Virus record (IMG/VR): IMGVR_UViG_3300033463_000104
Span: 3,819-67,818 of that record
Strand: one strand, 5' to 3'
Length of the DNA stretch: 64,000 nucleotides
Source: a virus
Taxonomy: Duplodnaviria > Caudoviricetes
The notes under the pieces were generated by a model. The model had not been told where the DNA came from. It made no database searches and saw only the letters and a list, made by a program, of their open reading frames with translations. Shown piece by piece: positions 28,901 through 37,990 of the stretch. Position 1 is the stretch's first letter, and every line of letters starts with the position of its first letter. Position numbers and translations under genes: made by a program.

Positions 28901-31010
28901 TTGACCTGTTTGCGCCATCTATTCTTTGCTCAACATCCTGTGCGCGCTTAGCGAGCGTTGTGAATGTTCCTATCAAAGCCGCTGCGGCAATAGCTATAAC
29001 GCCGAATGGATTTTTAGCCAATACAGCTATAAGTTTCCATAGTGTTCTCGTAAATGCTGTGGATGCGGCGTCAGCCGCCTTCATAGCCGCCGTGTGAATA
29101 ATGGTGGCCCTGGTTGATATTTTTTCTGCCGCAGTCTTTCCAATAAGTCTTGTTATGACTTTTCGCAGGCCGGCCTCCCTCGTTGATTCTGCCGCAGTTG
29201 CTGCCGCAGTTGTTGCTGTTACTATTTTGTTCCACAATGCTACTGAGCCGGAGATTGAAATATACGACAGAAAAGCGGTACCGACCACCTTAATCACGTC
29301 AGCAAATTTCCTCCAGTTAAGCATCATGTCTCTCGATAGCGATATGAGGTCAGACATAGCCTTATGGACTTTCTTGGTCCGGCCGATTTCGTCATACATG
29401 ATGCTGATGGAGTCCTTCAGGTTGTTCCACTGGCCACGCAATGTTTCCGCCTGCTTCTCTTGCATCTTGTAGAACATTCCTCCGGCATCTGTCATATCCT
29501 TAAAGATCTTTTCAATCATTGAGAACGGAACCGCACGTTTAGAAATCAACTCAAAAACGTCCGCCGTCGTCGTTCCCTCTCTTCCGAGTTCATTAAACTT
29601 TTCGGCCAGCAATTCAACAAGGGGGATACCAGCCTCGGTGAACTGACGAAGCTCTTGACCTCGTAGAACTGAAGCTGCCCGAACCTGACCATAGGCAAGA
29701 ATGAGTCGGCTCATGTCCACGCCCAGACCCGCGGAAACATCCGCAAGCCGCATGGTTACATCAAACAGACTTTCTGTCTCGATTCGGTATGCAGACAATT
29801 GCTTGGTATACGTGACGAGGTCTTTGATCTCGAAAGGAGATTCAACTGCAGCAGCTTTAATTTGCCGAAATAGCTTATCTGCCCGATCTGTGTCCTGGAT
29901 GATAGATCCTAAAGCAACTTTCTGTAATTCAAATTCAGATGTTACATTACGAACGTTATCCAAAAATCTCACGATGGTGTGGATCGAAAAATACGATGCG
30001 GCCGTAGCGGCTAATCTTCCAAGAAAGCTGGACTGTTTCTCGAATTCTTTATTCGCATTTCTTGCAGAACTTTCTACCTCCTGCATTTTTTTTCTGACAC
30101 CATCAAGATCTGTCTTGAGCTTATCGTATTGCGATGAACCGAATTTTGCCTTATTCAGACGACTCGACAAAATTCTCTCCTGCTCCTGGAGAATGCGCAT
30201 GGAATCTCCAGACATTTTAAGCACAGCATTCTCGTACCTTCTGTTTTGGGTCGACTGCTTTACGCGCTCATTAAGCTTTTCCTGCTCCTGGACGATCTCC
30301 CTAAGCGTCCTTGCTTCCGTTCTTAATTCTGCCGCCTCTTTTTTGTATTTACCGAGCATTTCCGAAATACTATCAGATCTCTCGGCCTTCGTCATATTGG
30401 CCCATGTCCTCTCAAGTTCGGACATCCTGTTCTGAATCGCGTTGATGCTCGATGCGTATTTTTGGGAATAATCTTCCAATTCTCCCCAATATGCGCGATT
30501 TTGAGAGCGCCTCTTTTCGATAGCGGCATATTCTGCATCTATATAACTCTTGATAGTAACGCCGTTCGCCTTAAGATTTTGCTGCATCTGCTCCATTGCC
30601 GCAATGCTTCTCGCGACAGCCTCTGCTTGATCACGGACCGCTTTATGAGCGTCCGCCAACTCCCTGGCGAAGTCTGTTCCGCCACCCTCCAATTGCCTGA
30701 GCTGCTGAATTTCATCCAGTTCCTTCTCGAGCTTTTGCAACTGCATTATGGACTGGTTGATAAACGGAGTAAAATCAAGGTCTTTGCCGACTCTTTCCAT
30801 ATCAGCTTTTTCTAGCTCCCGGAAATAATCGGTAAGTTTCTTTAATTCGTCATTGGTTTCATTGGCATCAGCTACGCCAATTCTGATAGACGTCTCAATG
30901 GGATAAAGATCGACCTCCGCCTGTAGCTTTTTTACTGCCTGTGGAACCTGTTTAATAGAATCGTCAATACCGCCCATTATGTCCACAACCACCGGTATCT
31001 CAACAGCCAT
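25974..31010 (-). CDS. tape measure protein
   Basis: 1678 aa, helical; AAVESPFEIKDLV...LILAYGQVRAASVLRGQELRQFTEAGIP tape-measure motif. Confidence 0.95.
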   Translation of the reverse strand: MAVEIPVVVDIMGGIDDSIKQVPQAVKKLQAEVDLYPIETSIRIGVADANETNDELKKLTDYFRELEKADMERVGKDLDFTPFINQSIMQLQKLEKELDEIQQLRQLEGGGTDFARELADAHKAVRDQAEAVARSIAAMEQMQQNLKANGVTIKSYIDAEYAAIEKRRSQNRAYWGELEDYSQKYASSINAIQNRMSELERTWANMTKAERSDSISEMLGKYKKEAAELRTEARTLREIVQEQEKLNERVKQSTQNRRYENAVLKMSGDSMRILQEQERILSSRLNKAKFGSSQYDKLKTDLDGVRKKMQEVESSARNANKEFEKQSSFLGRLAATAASYFSIHTIVRFLDNVRNVTSEFELQKVALGSIIQDTDRADKLFRQIKAAAVESPFEIKDLVTYTKQLSAYRIETESLFDVTMRLADVSAGLGVDMSRLILAYGQVRAASVLRGQELRQFTEAGIPLVELLAEKFNELGREGTTTADVFELISKRAVPFSMIEKIFKDMTDAGGMFYKMQEKQAETLRGQWNNLKDSISIMYDEIGRTKKVHKAMSDLISLSRDMMLNWRKFADVIKVVGTAFLSYISISGSVALWNKIVTATTAAATAAESTREAGLRKVITRLIGKTAAEKISTRATIIHTAAMKAADAASTAFTRTLWKLIAVLAKNPFGVIAIAAAALIGTFTTLAKRAQDVEQRIDGANRSINNLSKARGNDDLIKRYEELSAKTNRSAKDTAALRDISKELAKAFPQATKAINAQTGALELDIKKMKEYSAQAQKTIKDLMEDQIKVNEAEIKKYEKKQSHIQKVLARGYGFVEGSYFFNLSKDAKAAEILNDKLLGVSDAARNLTETNQELRDSINGVKKETEDDNLVWSPEDDKAGDRLKKLRDQISDITNAYKKYIELRDYMSRENAKKNIETFFPSLKGLEPTFQNVYNYFQDLLKKYSSDADATRLIEQAFANIQFDRVKKSIEDSIKKITNEVKRSEAARNFYHEILGLTGDQELSATITANIYGDAGSEFKDRIQKVLGEAFESFDVEDYDLWDKMRIAIEKQDFKFILANIDKFGSSWRSTLIDVANDSQKFNADFVQDMLKTYQKTKTFEERITEIRQREAQNRKKIEESTTIPVAEKEKLINASKTKEGEDVAEVQVEALKATDEWITAFENLDKVGTRTLEKLILMLEELINTGGKDMNAGTLRSLTKSLEQAKEQVYARKPFEGFTSGAKSYVASLKSAVSARKQLKEQGDTPEVQKKLANAENQRTKALEKMKSSVDGLAGTFSDIGSIISGITEMVNLDDLSDGQAILSGIAQGIALIGSALAIVNGVLTLMEANPVVLTITAAVAAAVSLAKVISNLKVNRANREIEAQSKLIETLDYQYQRLEKSIAKAFGSDYVSDYNKQLETLAAKQQAYLAQAEAERSKGKKADEDKIKEYQNSARDVADQISEMQTQLSEFFSGTDVTSAAKDFASAWIDAYKEFGSTTDAMKEKFQDMIQEMVQNSLAAQVMKQLLQPIFDQIDAMAQEGGELSLSEVAQIAKMASDAIPGINDAMTTLMNTLAASGYNIRQQAGQFTGIARNIAGASEESIVGLAAGINTQNYYMSYVPMIHAEVQAIRAALTGETDVAAVSAGSNANTEAMLQYMQFVPTISDNVAEIMRMMRSVISTKGTTTATHHVAVAL

Positions 31011-31014
31011 AGTT

Positions 31015-31206
31015 TTATCCTCCGTTCTTTAAGATGTAGTCCTGCAATTCTTCGTCTGTCTTTTCCTTTTTCAAGTGGCCGAATCCGAATTTCAAAAGGG
31101 CATCTCGCACCTCTTCATCACTCTTCCCCTGACCGGTCAGTTCCTGTTCTTTCTTCGGCGGCTCCTCGAAATCATAGTCATAGTATCCTTTATCGACAAG
31201 GATCAT
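31015..31206 (-). CDS. C-terminal part of the frameshifted tail assembly chaperone (gpGT-like)
   Basis: this frame is the -1 frame of the upstream gene and stays open to about 31503. Confidence 0.65.
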   Translation of the reverse strand: MILVDKGYYDYDFEEPPKKEQELTGQGKSDEEVRDALLKFGFGHLKKEKTDEELQDYILKNGG

Positions 31207-31319
31207 CGTAACGAGATTGACCGAGTCAAGATACCAGTATCGAAGCCACGACCAAAAATTGTAGTTTCCATATACATACTTAATCCGTTCATTATGAGCC
31301 GAGTAGGCAAACGCGCAAC

Positions 31320-31856
31320 CTACTTGCTTTCCTCCTTTACCCCCAAAGCGTCCTTCTCCAGCATATTTAACACTGTCGCCAGCCGCTCTTGCGCTAATTT
31401 GGCGGCTTCGCCAACCGGCCTCATATAAAGCTCGCGTTCCTGCTTTGAGGTATCCCAGTTGGCTTTGGAAAAACCCAGGTCTGCACTGATCAGACCAGCC
31501 TCGTTAATTCTGAATGTCGTCTCATTTCCTCTGAGCTGCAATATTCTCCACTTCAGCGCCCATAACCCGGGAACGAACAAAGCCCAGTTTCCGAGAAGAT
31601 AATAAGCCGCTTTTTTCGAATGAAGCGAGTATAGCTTCTTCGTCAGCTTCCTCGCTTCCTTTTGGCTCGTTCCGGCCTTTCCTTTTGCCTCAAGGACTTG
31701 GGCCTCCTGCTCAAGCAGGGCTATTTTTTCGCGCACCTTCTGGGCGACCTGGCGTACTTTGTATTTGTGCCGGCCAATCCGAATCGTGCATGGCGCCTGC
31801 GTTATCGCATCGAAAGCGCCGTTAAGGAATTGTTCGCTTTTTGCCTGTTCAGCCAT
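31320..31856 (-). CDS. tail assembly chaperone (gpG-like)
   Basis: position before the tape measure gene; in-frame slippery heptamer. Confidence 0.75.
   Translation of the reverse strand: MAEQAKSEQFLNGAFDAITQAPCTIRIGRHKYKVRQVAQKVREKIALLEQEAQVLEAKGKAGTSQKEARKLTKKLYSLHSKKAAYYLLGNWALFVPGLWALKWRILQLRGNETTFRINEAGLISADLGFSKANWDTSKQERELYMRPVGEAAKLAQERLATVLNMLEKDALGVKEESK
31470..31476 (-). other. -1 ribosomal frameshift slippery site G GGT TTT
   Basis: X XXY YYZ in the correct frame (L-G-F); -1 frame open downstream. Confidence 0.65.
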
Positions 31857-32709
31857 AATATTCGCTCAGCATCTTGTCAAGCTCAGGAATCCACCCGGCG
31901 GGAGAATTCGTGATCCATATTTTAGTCTTGAACGCATTGCGAATATACGAAATTCTCGGATTACTCCGCCATACGCCGCAACGAAAATTGTCAAATTCGA
32001 TATCCAAAAGCAATGGAACCCGATTCTTGAAGTAGGTATTGTAATAAAGATCCTCAACGATATAACTGTTGTGATCACAGTCGTATTTGTCGTAAATTGC
32101 GAGAAGCTTGTCCCAATCATACCAGACAGGAAGATGACAGACAAAGCTTCTGGTCGGAAGGCCCTCCCTCAATTCGAGCTCCCTTGTCTTTGCGTTGTCG
32201 CGCTGCCATGGATTCGAATCAAGAGGATTCGCGTTCACATCCATGCTGTGTATTTTCAGGAACTTCACGTCGATCAGGTCGAAATCGTTCACAGCGTACA
32301 TGTCGTCGCAAGCATAGATAAAGCCCTCCGAATTCGGAAAGTGTTCACGAACCTTTCGGAATTTGTGAACGTGATCGATGTGCGGCCGGTAGTTGTGAAT
32401 TTCCGTCGGAGGCACCTGCGGGCATTCGATAAACTCTATATCGTCGCCCGTATCGCAAATCGGATGGTAGTCTCCGACAATCACGATATGATATTTCTCC
32501 TTGAAATGACGGCGCCATCCTTTGACTGCATATTCCAGTTCCCGGCCCTGCGCCCCTGATGCGAGATAAGGAATTACAACAAGGATAGGCTGATGAGACA
32601 CGGTCGGGACGATATTAACGGTATCAGTAGATACCACTTCGGCTGGGATCACAGGATCCGCTTTAACCTTTTTCGGTCTTCCCGGTTTTTTTGCGGTTTT
32701 TTCTTCCAT
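31849..32709 (-). CDS. Stealth-like / glycosyltransferase-like protein
   Basis: GRELEYAVKGWRRH and EGFIYACDDMY resemble Stealth CR2 (ELRYSLRS, FxYFNDDMF); KKPGRPKK N-terminus. Confidence 0.55.
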   Translation of the reverse strand: MEEKTAKKPGRPKKVKADPVIPAEVVSTDTVNIVPTVSHQPILVVIPYLASGAQGRELEYAVKGWRRHFKEKYHIVIVGDYHPICDTGDDIEFIECPQVPPTEIHNYRPHIDHVHKFRKVREHFPNSEGFIYACDDMYAVNDFDLIDVKFLKIHSMDVNANPLDSNPWQRDNAKTRELELREGLPTRSFVCHLPVWYDWDKLLAIYDKYDCDHNSYIVEDLYYNTYFKNRVPLLLDIEFDNFRCGVWRSNPRISYIRNAFKTKIWITNSPAGWIPELDKMLSEYYG

Positions 32710-32725
32710 GGTTTTTTGGGGTATT

Positions 32726-32756
32726 AAAAAAGGGCGGGCGCACTGCCCGCCCCCTT
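32726..32756 (-). terminator. intrinsic terminator after the major tail gene
   Basis: GGGCGGGC-AGTGC-GCCCGCCC followed by a T6 run on minus. Confidence 0.8.
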
Positions 32757-32777
32757 GGTGTTCGCTCTCTAAAGAGC

Positions 32778-33368
32778 CTAAGCAGAATACTTGGCAGCAG
32801 CCGTGCTGTCGAAGATCATACCGGTCTTCAACGAGGTAAGGTCAACATATTCAGCAAGGCAGTTGATGTGGACACGCATCAGCTTGTCGCTGTTGGTGAG
32901 GTTACCCGTGATCTTCGCTTTCGGGAAGAGCAGCAGACGGTTCAACTCGTCATTCAACCAACCGATCGGACGGGTGATAACGGGAAGGTCAACACCAAAA
33001 CCGGTTGCGGTTACGGTGCCAGCGCCGGAGCCAGATCCGAATATCTGGCTGAGGTTCGGGGTGGTGATGCTCGTACCTTTCAGGAAAGTCTGCATCATCA
33101 GCTGAGAAGTAGACGCGATGTCTGCCTCGAAAGACAGCGTACCAGCGGTGACGGTAGCGGCGATAAGGTTGCCCTGCTCGTCGCGAATCTCGTCAACGGA
33201 AACATCGTCGCCGGTCCAGTTCGAAGAGTCCTCGACAACCTGGCCGAGGGACTTCGGGTTCGTCAGGCTCGCCAAAGTGGCGCTCGTATAGTCGGCGATG
33301 GCGTCGAAAATGATCATGTCGCCCTGGCCGACAAAGAGAGACGGAACGGATTCAAAGTTCGATATCAT
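32778..33368 (-). CDS. major tail (tube) protein
   Basis: 196 aa; position; followed by a strong terminator; GTLSFEADIA beta strand. Confidence 0.8.
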   Translation of the reverse strand: MISNFESVPSLFVGQGDMIIFDAIADYTSATLASLTNPKSLGQVVEDSSNWTGDDVSVDEIRDEQGNLIAATVTAGTLSFEADIASTSQLMMQTFLKGTSITTPNLSQIFGSGSGAGTVTATGFGVDLPVITRPIGWLNDELNRLLLFPKAKITGNLTNSDKLMRVHINCLAEYVDLTSLKTGMIFDSTAAAKYSA

Positions 33369-33371
33369 AGT

Positions 33372-33809
33372 TTAGTCGGTTTTAAAGTTGTTGTTAGTGT
33401 GCCACTTTAAATTGAGGCTGGTAACAGAATAACCGGATGATTGATTCGGTGTGGTGGGAGTAATAAAGCGGGGGGATTCGTATTCGAAGTAATAGTTCTC
33501 TGTCGTCACATGGTCCAAAAGCGCATCAAATTGGGTCAAAATTTTAGTGACCCTATTTGCCTTGATAGACCCATCATCATTCATCTTGCAATAGAGGCTT
33601 AAAATCATATATCCCTGAGCGTATTGCGGCTTTTTGGATACGGTTTCAATATCCCCGTTTATGAAAATGACAATAAAGTCAGAAGGCAAACCGTTCGTTG
33701 GGCGCTCCCAGTCGGAATAAACCGCGATCGGGTCTGTGCCGACAAGTACATTCCCCTCGAGAAGCTCCTTCAACTCGGCGTCTGGATGAAGTGAAGATGG
33801 AGTGATCAT
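33372..33809 (-). CDS. tail terminator / completion protein
   Basis: position immediately before the tail tube gene. Confidence 0.6.
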   Translation of the reverse strand: MITPSSLHPDAELKELLEGNVLVGTDPIAVYSDWERPTNGLPSDFIVIFINGDIETVSKKPQYAQGYMILSLYCKMNDDGSIKANRVTKILTQFDALLDHVTTENYYFEYESPRFITPTTPNQSSGYSVTSLNLKWHTNNNFKTD

Positions 33810-33818
33810 TTTCGTTTG

Positions 33819-34520
33819 TTATAGCGATATACCCATCGTCGGCTTAGCCGATCCCATATATTTATTACCAGACCCCTTTGGTCTACCTCTTTTGCGAGAC
33901 GCACGCATAAGCCTGACGTCATCATCTTCATATGCGAGCTGGATATAGTCATTGAGATTTCCTCTGAAAAACAGGACTTTTTTATACGCAGCATACCTAA
34001 ACTCGCGATCCAGCGCAGCTGCGTAATTTAATCTCAAACCCTCCAAATATCCGGAATGTGGGCCCCTCTCGTTCGGATTTAACGCATAAGGAACGGCAAC
34101 AAGCAAGGTTGACGCAATCTTTCTTGGATATTTACCATTAAGGCCATAAACCGCCTTCCAGGCCTCCTGATGTCCAATGATACGTTTTCTTCCACCACCG
34201 GTTGTCGGCGTATAAATCTGCCTACCGGTTAATGAAGACGTCGTAACTGCAGTCCTATTTGCATAGCTTGCCTTTACTAACGCTCCATTATCAGAAACAA
34301 CCCCAACAATACTATCGTGGAGGTTACCGGTAATATAAGGCATCATAGCCGCCTCCCCATCAGGAAGATCTCGTATAAAAGAGTCATTTGCCGCAATAAA
34401 AACAGAAAGAACCTCTTTCTTGATTTTGTCCGGAAGATCAAACTGAAGCGAACGCTGAAATCCTTTTTCAGTGTTACGCCACGCTACTTTTCCCCATCCA
34501 CTATGAGGTGAGTAATTCAT
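33819..34520 (-). CDS. neck protein (HK97 gp10-like)
   Basis: PYITGNLHDSI motif; start set to MNYSPH. Confidence 0.6.
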   Translation of the reverse strand: MNYSPHSGWGKVAWRNTEKGFQRSLQFDLPDKIKKEVLSVFIAANDSFIRDLPDGEAAMMPYITGNLHDSIVGVVSDNGALVKASYANRTAVTTSSLTGRQIYTPTTGGGRKRIIGHQEAWKAVYGLNGKYPRKIASTLLVAVPYALNPNERGPHSGYLEGLRLNYAAALDREFRYAAYKKVLFFRGNLNDYIQLAYEDDDVRLMRASRKRGRPKGSGNKYMGSAKPTMGISL

Positions 34521-34522
34521 AA

Positions 34523-34861
34523 TTAATCCCCCTGCGCCTGTTTCAGTTCTATTCTCGTTACCTTGACTCCAGTTCTCCACGGCATGTTGATGTCCCGTAC
34601 GATCTTCACCACAGACTTGATTTCCCGTCCGAATTCTGTCGTAACGGCAACCGCGTCGTTGATTTTGACCTGGACATCCACGCCAGGGATGAAGATAGTT
34701 GGTGCCCGCGTGATGATGGACCGGGAATAACCCGTTCCACCCTCCTCGTATAAGCACTCGCCCTCATATACGGATTCCGGATTGATAGGGTTGTCCCAAT
34801 CATCCCGATCACCCGTATCCCTGGTGATGCTACAGAAGTCTCTGAACTCAATGAACTTCAT
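34523..34861 (-). CDS. head closure / stopper protein
   Basis: 112 aa, beta-rich; position. Confidence 0.6.
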   Translation of the reverse strand: MKFIEFRDFCSITRDTGDRDDWDNPINPESVYEGECLYEEGGTGYSRSIITRAPTIFIPGVDVQVKINDAVAVTTEFGREIKSVVKIVRDINMPWRTGVKVTRIELKQAQGD

Positions 34862-34862
34862 T

Positions 34863-35264
34863 TTAACGGCTTCCTAAATAGCTTGCGTCATACATTTCGG
34901 AAGACGATTCGTCATCCTCCACTTCGAAGCCCCACTTCGCCCTGAGCGCATCGCCCATGCTCTTGAAACGAGCGCGGTCCGCCATCGTGATAGTGTAGCC
35001 TCCTCGCGAGGCGCGAACATCGCCAACCTGCTCCGAATATCCTCCACCCGCAAAAACTCCCAACACCGAATAGTAGACCGTGGAAGAGGCGTAGTCGAGC
35101 CTCTTACGGAATTCTTCGTCGCTCAGCGTATCAGAATCCACGTCCTCATCCGTCTCGAGAGGATCAAGATCCACCTCGACGGGACTAAGGGCGCATCTTT
35201 CAACAACATTGTCCGAGAGGTCCAACCCAGGGACAAGACTACGCAGGTACTCTTCTACAGTCAT
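34863..35264 (-). CDS. head-tail connector (adaptor) protein
   Basis: directly after the capsid gene; YSEQVGDVRASRGG. Confidence 0.65.
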   Translation of the reverse strand: MTVEEYLRSLVPGLDLSDNVVERCALSPVEVDLDPLETDEDVDSDTLSDEEFRKRLDYASSTVYYSVLGVFAGGGYSEQVGDVRASRGGYTITMADRARFKSMGDALRAKWGFEVEDDESSSEMYDASYLGSR

Positions 35265-35277
35265 GGCTCATCGGTTA

Positions 35278-36537
35278 TTAAGCACCACCAGCACTTCCGC
35301 TTCCGGAACCACTACCCGGCTTCTCCTTGAAGGTAAGCAGGTAGTACATCTCCATCGGACGGGTCAGCACGCACAGGGCGTACAGTTCAGACCACCAATC
35401 CTGGAACTTGGCCTTGACGTCGTAGTCATACTGGATGAGACCACGGCCGCCGAAGAAGGTCGAGTAGATCGCCTCGCCGTCAGGAACGAGAGCGACAGCG
35501 CTCTTGATCGTGCCGAGAGGACCGGACGGGTAGATAACATAGGTGTTCGCATTGAACGTGCGGAAGGACTGACGGACGAGCTTGGCATCCGGGCCGGAGC
35601 CCTGCAGACGCTCGACGCCGGCCAGGCCCTTGCGGAGGACGACGTTTGCTGCAGGAATGCCGATGACGCGGGCGAAGAGGCTCTTCAGGTCTTCGTCGTT
35701 GGCGTTGTTGCCAACTGCGAGAGCATTAGCGTCATTGTTCGGGGCGAGGACGAGGTCCGGGCGAAGGACGTATCCGAAAGCGGTGCGCCACTTCGGATGA
35801 TCCATATCTTCCAGCCAGGAGATGTAGTCCACCTCAACGGTGATGTCTTCGAAGCCCTTACGCTTCATTCCGCGGATGATCTTCTTGAAGTTACCCACCG
35901 GATCAGCGTTATTGTTGGCCGTATCGGCGGTCTTGTTTTCGTTGTCGTTGAACCACTGCTCAGCAACGGTCAGCTGGTGAATGTTCGCCTCCGGAATATC
36001 GGACTCGAAGATCAGACCTTTGATACCGCGAGGGTTGTTCTTAGCATCCAGTTCGAGCTTGCGGTTCGATACCACCTGGTCGCGCTGATAGGTCATGGAC
36101 AGTTCGTGAGCCGTCTTCATGTCGCTCATGCCGTTGAACAGCAGGTCGAGGGCATACTCCTTGACGGTACGGTTCTGGAACTGCAGGCGACCAAGGGCGT
36201 CGAGATAGCGGCGATAGTCGTCCTGGTCCCAGAGGTAGCGAGCCTTCATGCACGGGATGACACCGCGAAGCATGCTGAAACCCTCAGTACCGAACGGAAT
36301 GGCCTCAGAATCCTTGTCCACATAGGTCGCCATGACCTTGATGCGGTTGGACATGATGGCCTGCGCCCAGTCAAAGGTGAGGGACGAATCCGGATCCCAC
36401 TCGAAACCAAGGAGGTCGAGGCCCTGGAAGTTGTTAAATCCGACGACGTCGTTGATGTATGCGCTGAAGCTCTCTGCAGAAAGAATGCCGGCCTCAGCCA
36501 TCAGGGTATGGAAACCCTTATTGTAAGATTTAGCCAT
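35278..36537 (-). CDS. major capsid protein
   Basis: 419 aa after scaffold and decoration genes; resembles the capsid-E type fold family. Confidence 0.85.
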   Translation of the reverse strand: MAKSYNKGFHTLMAEAGILSAESFSAYINDVVGFNNFQGLDLLGFEWDPDSSLTFDWAQAIMSNRIKVMATYVDKDSEAIPFGTEGFSMLRGVIPCMKARYLWDQDDYRRYLDALGRLQFQNRTVKEYALDLLFNGMSDMKTAHELSMTYQRDQVVSNRKLELDAKNNPRGIKGLIFESDIPEANIHQLTVAEQWFNDNENKTADTANNNADPVGNFKKIIRGMKRKGFEDITVEVDYISWLEDMDHPKWRTAFGYVLRPDLVLAPNNDANALAVGNNANDEDLKSLFARVIGIPAANVVLRKGLAGVERLQGSGPDAKLVRQSFRTFNANTYVIYPSGPLGTIKSAVALVPDGEAIYSTFFGGRGLIQYDYDVKAKFQDWWSELYALCVLTRPMEMYYLLTFKEKPGSGSGSGSAGGA

Positions 36538-36552
36538 AGTTAATTCCTCCTA

Positions 36553-37197
36553 TTATTCAGAGAGTTCGTAGTCGAAGGTGATGCCGGGCATAGCAGCCTT
36601 GTAGAAATCAGGTACCGGAGCGATGCGGTTACCGAGGATCTGACCCTTGGTCACGACGGCAACGGTGCCCTTATAAGCCTCATCGCTGTCGATATAGATC
36701 TGGCGCCAAGACAGGCCGGTCGGCAGGACGGCTTTCTTGTTGGAGCCGGCCTCGCTGATGATGTAGAGGATATCGCCCTTAGCGAGCTCGCCGAGAGCGT
36801 TTGCAGAGATGGTGAAGGTGTAAACACCGTCAACAACGGTCGGGGTGCCAGTCAAAGCAACGGCCTTTTCGGCGTTACCTGTGGCATCAGCCTTACCGAC
36901 GATCAGGCCTGCAGCGGGGATGACCGCATTGCTGATCGGCTTGATCGAAAGAGAGGTGCCGGACGAGTTGACAGCTTCCATGACCTCGAAGGAGTCGAGG
37001 AACTGCGCCTCACCACCCATGACCTTCAGGAGCACAGGCACGCCGAGAGCGATCAGGTCGCCCTTCTTGTGCTTGGAGATGTCCACCGTGCCACCCGCGG
37101 TCTTCCGTTCGCGAACCTCAATCCAAACCGGCATGGTTTGAGCCGGATACTGGTTGGACTCGTGGCGGAAAAATGCGTTTCCGAAATTGTAGCCCAT
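36553..37197 (-). CDS. head decoration / cement protein
   Basis: 214 aa between scaffold and capsid genes. Confidence 0.65.
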   Translation of the reverse strand: MGYNFGNAFFRHESNQYPAQTMPVWIEVRERKTAGGTVDISKHKKGDLIALGVPVLLKVMGGEAQFLDSFEVMEAVNSSGTSLSIKPISNAVIPAAGLIVGKADATGNAEKAVALTGTPTVVDGVYTFTISANALGELAKGDILYIISEAGSNKKAVLPTGLSWRQIYIDSDEAYKGTVAVVTKGQILGNRIAPVPDFYKAAMPGITFDYELSE

Positions 37198-37220
37198 TTT
37201 CAGGTAGTTTTAGGTTAGAC

Positions 37221-37925
37221 TTACTTTTTCTCTTCCGGAATAAGACCCTGCATCTTCTTACGCTCCACTTCTTTCGACCAGTCGATGGTGCCCTTCTTGT
37301 CGTCTCCCTGTGGATCCGCTACGAACGGCTTCGATGTGTCTACTCCGCGCCGGTTCACGGCTTTGTTGAAATAGCCGGTCGCTTTTTCGTGGAGCTGGTC
37401 TGCATTCATCTTGTTTCCGGTCGCCTCGTTCATCTCGACTGCGCGTTCCCAGGCGTCGTTTGCCTCGTCGGGATATGCCTTGGCATAATCCCCGCCGAAG
37501 AATTTTTCATGGGCGCCTTCCAGCGCGGCCTTCGTTGAATTTTGGCCTTTCAGGGCAGCAATCTCCTCCTGCAGCGGAACCAGGCTCTCCTTCACCGCGG
37601 CCGCAAGAATGGCTTTCCAGTCATCAGGCTTCGGGTTGGGATTCGGGTCCGGGTCCGGAGGGGTCGGTTGTCCCTCGGGGTGTTTCGCCTTGTAGTCATC
37701 GAAAGACCTCTGCAAGTCGGTCTTGTTGTTGATCTCCTTGTCGCGCATCTTCTGCAACTCGTTGGCAATGAGTTCCATCGTAGCAGCATCAGCAATGCCG
37801 GTTTCGATATCCTCTTCTTTTGTGATCGTCTCTTGTTTCGCGGAGGCGATCCGATCAATAGCCTCGTTGCTCAATCCAAAACGCTTGTATTTCGTCTTGA
37901 GCGCTTCTGCGATTCTGGTTTTCAT
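37221..37925 (-). CDS. capsid scaffolding protein
   Basis: charged helical protein with PTPPDPDPNPNPKP linker. Confidence 0.7.
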   Translation of the reverse strand: MKTRIAEALKTKYKRFGLSNEAIDRIASAKQETITKEEDIETGIADAATMELIANELQKMRDKEINNKTDLQRSFDDYKAKHPEGQPTPPDPDPNPNPKPDDWKAILAAAVKESLVPLQEEIAALKGQNSTKAALEGAHEKFFGGDYAKAYPDEANDAWERAVEMNEATGNKMNADQLHEKATGYFNKAVNRRGVDTSKPFVADPQGDDKKGTIDWSKEVERKKMQGLIPEEKK

Positions 37926-37951
37926 AAACTTAAGTTTTGCTTGATTTGTCG

Positions 37952-37959
37952 CAAATATA
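37952..37959 (-). promoter_or_regulatory. TAnnTTTG promoter element for the head genes
   Basis: TATATTTG 26 nt before the scaffold ATG. Confidence 0.6.
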
Positions 37960-37990
37960 ACAAAATTTTCAGATAAGCAAAAGTTTGGTA

